From positions 3,499,856 to 3,563,855 of the forward strand of contig CM119268.1 in NCBI GenBank assembly GCA_051294375.1: DNA of 64,000 bases, in the 5' to 3' direction. Each line of letters begins with the position of its first letter. Within the stretch, counting starts at the first letter, position 1. The position numbers and the translations under genes are program-made. Positions 56,090 to 64,000 of the stretch are shown one piece after another. Source of the stretch: Paraspadella gotoi. Its lineage: Eukaryota > Animalia > Chaetognatha. The notes under the pieces are model-generated. The model made no database searches. It saw only the letters and a list, made by a program, of their open reading frames with translations, and had not been told where the DNA came from.

Positions 56090-59000
56090 GCAGAGACAAA
56101 ACGAGGCGGTACAGACGGACGTTTTTTCCCCACACTGTGTAACCCCTCGTCTCCTCTCGTATCCTGAGCTCTCCCAGCGCCCGCTTATTCCTGCCCGGCT
56201 CGTTTCCTCTGCCTCTTCCGCTCCCTACTTCGTATTCACTTCGGTTCCTCCCATCGTCCTTCTCTTCTTCGACTCAAAGGAGAAACTCGTCGCTCGGATT
56301 CTTCGAATACCCCGGTCCCGAACGTCATTACGGCGAAACTGTTACTGGTTACGGCGACCGACCGCCGAAAGGCCTGGCGAAGGAGCGGTCGGCGCGACTG
56401 CGTGTCGCACGTCGAATGCGCCGCTGGTCGCCACTTCTTTCGAGCATGATGGCCACCTCGTTGGCTTGCAACCGGCGCCACCTGTTGCTTAACCTTTGGA
56501 GTGGAGGGGGAGCCAGGGATTTGTGGCATGGTAAAGGAAGAGAAGGTTTCGGATTTCGACGAGTTATGTTTAGGCAGATTAAAAGATGGAGTATATATTA
56601 CTTTGTTAGGAGGAGGACGTTAAATGGGTTTAATGACGTGAGAAAAGCATAGAAAGCTATGGCCAGGGTTAGAGAGAGATGCGAAGGAAGGATGAAGTAT
56701 AAGAGCATGAGATTACCAAGATATTTAGAGCTTACGAATCGGGTTTTTTTTCTGGAAGCCGATCGGTTTAAACTCAAGCAAGGAGTAATTCATGAAGTTT
56801 AAGAAAATATAATTAAAATTAAAATTAGTTACAAAAAAGAGAAAAAGGACTTAAAACTAATCAATTTCTGATTCTTAGAACATTTTGTCTCAAGGATCAG
56901 CTTCGCTGCGTTCAGATAACTGAAAGATGTAGTTCACGAATGATTCGTCGAAGCCGAGATCTCAACACAATCCCGAGAGAGGGAGAATGAATCTGTGTCA
57001 TCGTTTACTCATTACCCTCATCCTAAAGTTAAACTTTCCCCTAAAAAAAACCGCCACAGAGCGGGGTCGTCAATTTTGGCCATCAATCGATAGTTTAACC
57101 GAACTGCTTCTCCCAATTCTTTCCTGGATCCCCCGTGACATTTCCTTAACCCTGCATGACGTAACGATGTGGCAGACTGCGATTCCATTCGTGAGACAAA
57201 GCGACGTTGTCTACTCTTCTCCAGCTTTTACGGAGAGAAGAGCACTGTTGGTTCGGACTGTAGGCGGGCTGAGGGTGAAACCAAAAACAGAACTTAACGA
57301 GTCTAAAGGAGAGGACAGGTCTAAGCGAGTGGGTGACGTATAAATGTCACCGAAACTCCGTGAAAAATTATGTTACCATCATATTGCAGTAGAACTCAGA
57401 AGATCGAGCATACGTATGGTACGGAAATCCAAGTTGATTGACCGGGTCTGATAGGTATACACATTTAATTGTCCCGTGCCCGAGAGACCAAAGAATGTAA
57501 TGGAGACTTTAAAGTTTGGTTAGACGTTTATACCTTTGCAAAAAAGACCTATACATACAAACTTAACTAATCAATTGATAAACAGTAGGCGTTTTTAAAC
57601 AAGGAGAAAATATGAGAATTGTCTGTAAAAAAATTAGACTCATAAGAAACAACAATCCTAAACTAAAATAATTAAACTTAGCAGGACTTAGGTTTACAGA
57701 GCATCTTACTCGAAGGATCAATTAGAATTACCATATAATCTTTATATAAATGCATTTGTGTAGACAAGTTACAGACTTATTTCTATTTATCTTTTGTACT
57801 TAGAATTTTCAACGAAAGGTTAGTTTTTATTTAAATTATATTCCGCCTAGACAGTAGAACAGATCAACAATTATAAAAATGTCATGTTGATATCGATTTA
57901 TTTATATATGTCTTAAATATTCTTTAGTCATGCCGCACCTAATATTTCCCTCAAGTCTTAGTCTGGATTACCTGGGATGAGTTGGCTCAACTTCTGTATT
58001 GCTATCCACTAGCTCTGGCAAGCGACGGCTCAAGACTGATCTAGATGAACCTGATCGTAAATCCACGTGGAAGTTCTGATATCCACACCGGAGGAGGTGA
58101 ATACACAACGCGAAATGCGAGGGCCACGGATTAGCGGACGAATTGGCGACGACGATTGACATCCGACGACGACAAGACCGACGAACTCGTTGCAAGAAGT
58201 GATTGACGATCTAAGGATAGAGCGCTGGCCCACGCGCGAAAGCAAAAACAAAATAAATAAAAACAAAAAAGTCGTGCGAATTAATTTACATTTTATAACA
58301 CGACATTAAAAATTAAAATCCGCACTCTTGCTTTTAAATTGCTGATTTCGCGAGGGCTCTCTCGCGATATTCACTAAAAACAACAAACTCTATGTTGATG
58401 TGAACATTTCTTAATCTAAAGAAGATTACGAGAAGTTGTTCTTCAGCTTCCCGCCGGATCGCCCTCGTTGGTTCGGGCCGCTCGCGGTCTGGGCTCAGCC
58501 GCGTTACGCAAGCGCGCGTATCGAGTGTGTGTTGGTGTGAGCGCGTGCGTCTCTCGCCATGAGAAAGTGGTACGTTCTTGCAGCGCGCTCCGTCTCCTCC
58601 CGCCCTCCCTCCGCTGCCTCTCATCTAGCCCAGCGTTCTCTATCGCCTCTCGGTCTGACATCTGGCGGGAAAATTCTGCTAACTCTCTCTGCGTCTCTCA
58701 ATTCACTCTTCTCTTCCTTCTCGTCTCCGTTTCTTCGCGTGCTGAGTCGATCCTTTATAGAAACTTCGTAGTCCGCCTCGTGAACTTTTTACTATACCCG
58801 CATCTCGCTCTTATTGCCGGGCTCGGTATTCTTTATTGGTCGCTGGTTACTTATTTTTTTCTTAGGACCCTATTTTCTCTCTTTATTGTGCTTCTCCCGC
58901 GCTTGCTTTTTCTTGCGTTGTCTCCCTCTCCCTTGTTTTCGCTCTCTCCTCGTTTCCCTCTTTATGCACCTTCCATCATCTTAATCTCTCACGATGGCTA

Positions 59001-62000
59001 CCGGCGTTCTTACAATGGTATTTGTTTTTTCTCGAATGTATCTCACGGTGGACGCGTGACCGCTCAGATAGTGAATACACGTTGAAAAAATGAAAAAATC
59101 CAATACAGTGAAAGCAACAGTCGATCTTGAGTAAACAGAGGCCTTTAGCACAAGCACAACGCAACCACACAGAACCACGAACACTGGACGAGAACTTAAC
59201 TCTAAACGGACGTAACCTTCCTTTAAAAGGGCAATAGGTACGACGTGACTGGCAAGAGCAAAACTAGAAACGTTCTTGCGCAGTTTTATATCTCCAATTT
59301 GACTTCAACCGAGAATTTTAGCCATATCGTATTCTATTAATTGTTGTTCGAGTGTGAACAATTCTACTAATGCTCCATATTTAACAAACGTCTGGTGTAT
59401 TCTTTATCAGGAAAGTAGGACTTTCCTCTCGAAATCTTTATACAAATTCCTGACGATCCTTAAAAAAAAAAAAAAAAAAAAAGGAAGAAAAACAAAAAAA
59501 AGAAGATAAATAGATTAAGACAAAAACATTAAACAACAACAGTCAAGCAGCCACCGCAATCAGCCAAACGCCGCAGCCTCATTTAGAAAAAATTGTTACC
59601 GTTCGAAGATTGATCGTTCGAGAGGTTCGGCGGAGGCGTGACGCCCACAACGGACGAGAAGAGGGAGAGGCAAGACACAGAATGTCCTATCAAGGAACGT
59701 CCGATACGACATCCAAAAGGCCTCGTAACCGCCGCATGTGGAAACTCGCATCCACGCACCGAAGCGGCCGATAGCGAAGTCATTGAAGTTGGAAACTAGA
59801 AGTGAACGCGGCGATTACTCTCTACTACTCTCTGCCTCTCCTTCAGTTCAAAGCCGCCTTGGTCGATCTCTCATTCTCACTGGCTCCTGTTTACTTAATT
59901 TTTTCTTTCTCTGAAATTCTCTCGTTCTGCCCGTTAACATTTACATTCTCTTCCTTATCTCAGTATCTTACCTCCATTTAATTATTGATTTTGTTCTTCA
60001 AGTGCTGTTATCTTATTTATTCTCGACTTCTCTCTTTCTGTTCATTCATCGATCTTCTCGATCGTACGGACAGATTTCGCTACATCATCTCTCTCGATCT
60101 CTTCTCTCGAATCTCTCTCGCATCTCGACTCTCTCTCTATCTCTCTCTCTCCTCTTTTTTTCTCTATCTCTCTCTCTCTTTCTCTTCTCTTTTCCTCTCT
60201 CTCTCTCTCTCTCTCTCTCCATCTCTCTCCTCTCTCTTCCCCTCTCCCACCCCCCCCAAACCCTTCAAATTTCCCTCCAAAACCGACATCAAAGTCCAGG
60301 TCCAGGAGTTGGAGCGCGATTTGTCCGCCCCCGAGCACGCCACCGCCGGAAACGAGACCGGAGACGCGTCGTCGTCCCGAGGAGGTCTACGAGATTCAGC
60401 CGTCGCGTGGACCGGAGTGGGGTCGCGCCAGCTTGATGGGGGGCGGAAGTGGACCAACAGGCTGGGAGGCGTTGGTGGAAAAGGAGATGGAGAAAGTCCG
60501 GCAGGTGGGAGAGGAGGAGGAGGAAGACGAAGAGTGAGATAGCGAGAGAGAGAGCAGAAAAGGTGCTTCCACTCTCTCCCCAGGATGGGGAGTGGACAGC
60601 GTTGGAAGGTCGACTTCAAGGAGACGTCGACCCGATATTGGGAATATCGACGTTGGATGTTCGAAGAAGGAGAAAAATTAAGGAAGGCTGAAAGAAAGCG
60701 CTTGAGTTGGAAGGCGAGAGGAAAATGTTGAGAATCAATTCAGATCATCGAATCATTCAAACATTAAACTGATGATTCAATCAAAGTTAAATAACCATCA
60801 CTTAATAATCAATAAATCAAATTCGATAAATTGAACATTTAAGAAGTGTTTAAGCTATCGTCAACATCGCCAAAATCGGGATCAATCAGTTACCCAACAC
60901 ACCACAATTGCGTATCAAGATCATTCCCCAAAGTCGCCAAATAAATCAACATCCCTAACCAAAATAATAAATCATTCCAAATAGATTGAGGATCGAAATC
61001 TGTTTGTGCTTCAGGGACTTGAATGAATTCTAATTTTTTGTCGTTGCCGCAACCTGAGACCACTTCCTACGTTTCTCAAATCCGGACTAGAACCCCCATT
61101 TCACAGGAATTTGGAACTCCACCGCGTTTCTTATGCACGACTAAAGCTCTGCATTCCATACCTCTATCACAATTTGACGCCCACCACGCCGCCACCGCCA
61201 TCTTGTCCAACGTGACTCAGAAAATACTGGCGAACTTTGACGAGACTCATTAACGAGTTTTAGAAGCTATAAAGATCTCTCATAAACTAAATAGTTTCAC
61301 GCGAGGATTAAAAACGAGCTTCAAATATTAAACCACCAATATATGGTTAAAAACGATGTACGTCGGGGCTCTCGAAGCAACTCAATTTTGCCTCCGCGAG
61401 AGGACGCCGCTTTAGAATGCCGTATCGTCTAACCGCAATGCTAAAAAAAAGTGAAGTCACTGCGATATCGTCTTCACATTCGATGGACTCTTTTCGTTTC
61501 GATTCGCCAACTGCAAACGGGCGCGACGGGCGACAAATGTCGGAATCTCTGGCCGTCGTGTCTGGGCTCGCATCCGTTCCCTATATCGCGAGTAACGGTA
61601 ATAAAATAAAGATAAAATAAAGTAGGCGTAACCCCTTCCTCCTCCGCGAGCCGACACGGGCCGCTGAGGATGCGAAAAGGCACTCTGCCCGCGCTTTTCA
61701 CCGGTTCACGATCAGGGCGCAAGGAGGTTGGGTTGCGAATCGGAGCGGCGATAAAAAAAAAAGAGTCGTATACGACTCTCGAATCCCATCGTTCTATAGA
61801 GATTCAAAATATACGTATCGTCAGGGTCGTAATTGAAGAAACGTAGGACTGCACGGAAATTACAGGGGCCTAAGAGTTACAAGATCGCGGACACAGAAAT
61901 TACGTCCGCCACAGAAAGGAACTAACGTTATCGCGAAAACTAAGTTCGAAAACAAAAAAGCGTTATAGGTTCCGTGTTTGTCGGAGGAATCGGTAGTCAC

Positions 62001-64000
62001 ATCGCGCGAAGTAGAATTTATTGTGCCGGCGGTAGTATGCTAAAACGCGTTATCGTAGTAAGAATTAAATGCACGCAAAAAATAAATTCCAGAGTAAGAT
62101 AGCCAAGAAAGCATTAAGGTATTAGAAATTCGTAAATTGATGGACCTACCTGTACAGCTTTCCTGAAATAAAAAGATTAGAAAGTAGAAGAAAATATATT
62201 TAAGAAATTCAATTAGGATATCGCGCTTGTGTATCTGCAATAGGTTTAAATATATAATAAAAAAATTTACAGTAGCCAAAGATTATTATTAAATTATCAA
62301 ATACATCACATTCATTTTGAAATTATTAAAAAATAGAAGCTATTTATGCCCGCTCATGACTATTCTTTTGATTCAGCGGCTTTAAACGAAATTGAAACTG
62401 TTTTCCACCACGCGTTCCGTAGAAAACAACTCCAAATTTTTCAAGCTTTCAATACAGAGGCTGGAGAACGAATTATTATCACCTCGCCCAAAGTTTTACA
62501 TATGTTTCGTAGATTTGCATTACTATATTATCTTCTAATACCGCTGCATCAAAGGATGTATAGATTTACCAAATTACAAAATGTGACAAGAATGATTTTC
62601 AGTCAATTTCAAAGAATCTTTCAATTGTGGGTCATCGATTCCCGACATCAAGCACGCGCACATCCGTCTTACGGTCCTTTGTGTTATTCATAAAAATTTA
62701 TGTATAGATGTCATATAATTATAAAAATCTATACATTAAGTATTTTAGTTAAATTTCCCAAAAGTTTCGATGCTAAAACCAATAATTCTCACAGTGTTAA
62801 TAATTAAAAATTTTCTTTAATGAGAACAAAGTAAATTAAATTTTCTATCTATACAAAATATTCTTACTTTTTCCGACGGCGACGTCGGCTACGGTAGTAT
62901 ATACTAGCTTAAGTCGTCGCTCTCTCTCTAGAATTTGTGAGTCGAATGAGCAGAGGGTAGGAGGGAAAAAGAAAGATCTGCCGCGCAGCGTCAGGGGAAC
63001 ACTTGGTAGAGAGAAAAGGAAGAAAACTTGTGTGTTGAAAAGACAACTCTAATTCACGCCCAATACAACTGAATGCTTCGTCGATTGACCACAGCGGACG
63101 GTCCCCACTTTTTCACCGTAGTATATTCTCAATTACGAGATCTCCACCACGGCAGGTTTTGCAAATTTCTCGATCATTCGTCTTTCTTCTCCTAGTACGT
63201 TTTCTACTCTCCCTACCTTTTCGTCTTCTGCACTTGCTCCTCACTATAACTCGGTCAGTTCTCAGTCGTCTTTCTCTTGTCTTTCCATCTTTCTCTCTCT
63301 CTTCTCTCTCTCTCCTCTCCTCTCTCTCTCTCTCTTCTCTCGCATTCTCTACCCTCAGCTCAGAACAAACTCATGTGCCTAAATTACAGATAGTTTGTCA
63401 TATTGTGCTCGCTTGCTCGTACGCGTGTGACCCGCAAGTGGCGCGTAGCCCTCCCCATCAAGAGATTCAAGGCTGCTGTGGAGCCAAGACCCAGGCGGGA
63501 CCGAAGCAAGCGCGGAACCTGAAGGAGGTGATTGTCCACTGTCGAAAATCTAGGCTCACGGCACTACAAGGTGCTATTGTGCTCTTTTAGGCAAGTCTTG
63601 CACAAATATCCTCATCGCTTACAGTTGATAGCGTGGATGCACAGGCTCAATCAGAAGGCGAGACTGTAATCGGCGATGCGTCTATAGGAAGTCTTATGTT
63701 ACCCCGTCAGGCAGGGGCGTGTCCAGTTCCGAAGACTCTCTCCCTCAAAGCTGGCATGAACTCACGAAAGGCTGTGTCAAGATTCTCCACGTGTGCCACC
63801 TCCTTCGGAGCTTCACTTGACAGATCGACATCGACCTGCAGGTTCAAACTCTCCGAGAGCAGTCTCATCGGAAAGAGCAGGAGCCTGCTGGCTGGCACAA
63901 AAAATCAACTCTAGTCACGCAGGAGTTTATGTATATTGCACCAGCGTATCAGAATGGAGGATAATCCTAGTCTCAGTATTTCGTGCTGTGAAAGAGCATC
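56090..64000. other. Degraded, insertion-rich duplicate of about 44760-46410 and 52190-54000, probably a raw long-read gap fill
   Basis: Collinear noisy copies of dynein exons (about 56330-56495 and 57968-58075) and of START-gene exons (about 59590-59880, 61170-61220, 63360 onward). Confidence 0.8.

Noticed and set aside
56236-58075. Second dynein gene or pseudogene
   Set aside because: Introns and exons are equally degraded by insertions, which fits an uncorrected read of the same locus.
63633-63914. ORFs at the window end
   Set aside because: They lie in the noisy duplicate, loosely collinear with START-gene exon 3, with no recognisable domain.

Overview
Eukaryotic, intron-rich, probably invertebrate animal DNA; no prokaryotic features. 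The backbone is a minus-strand outer-arm axonemal dynein beta heavy chain gene (DNAH9/11/17 class). I traced 39 GT-AG exons (46173 down to 2037, tail/linker through AAA1-AAA4) and the gene continues beyond both ends. Every large intron hosts a plus-strand gene: a hexapeptide-repeat ORF, a 10-exon GT14 core-2/I-branching GlcNAc-transferase, a spliced 59-aa SMP/LEA-like microprotein absent from the ORF track, an orphan Ser/Thr-repeat membrane protein with a tRNA-Glu inside its own intron (a second identical tRNA-Glu lies downstream), a KCTD/BTB protein, a TM-coiled-coil-RING protein and probably a START-domain protein. Non-coding highlights are Penelope-type minimal hammerhead-ribozyme motifs in inverted repeats and tandem arrays that multiply real splice sites. 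Sequence beyond about 45.9 kb is error-rich, and 56-64 kb is a degraded duplicate of 44.7-54 kb, probably a long-read gap-fill artefact. All gene models were derived by hand and lack transcript support.
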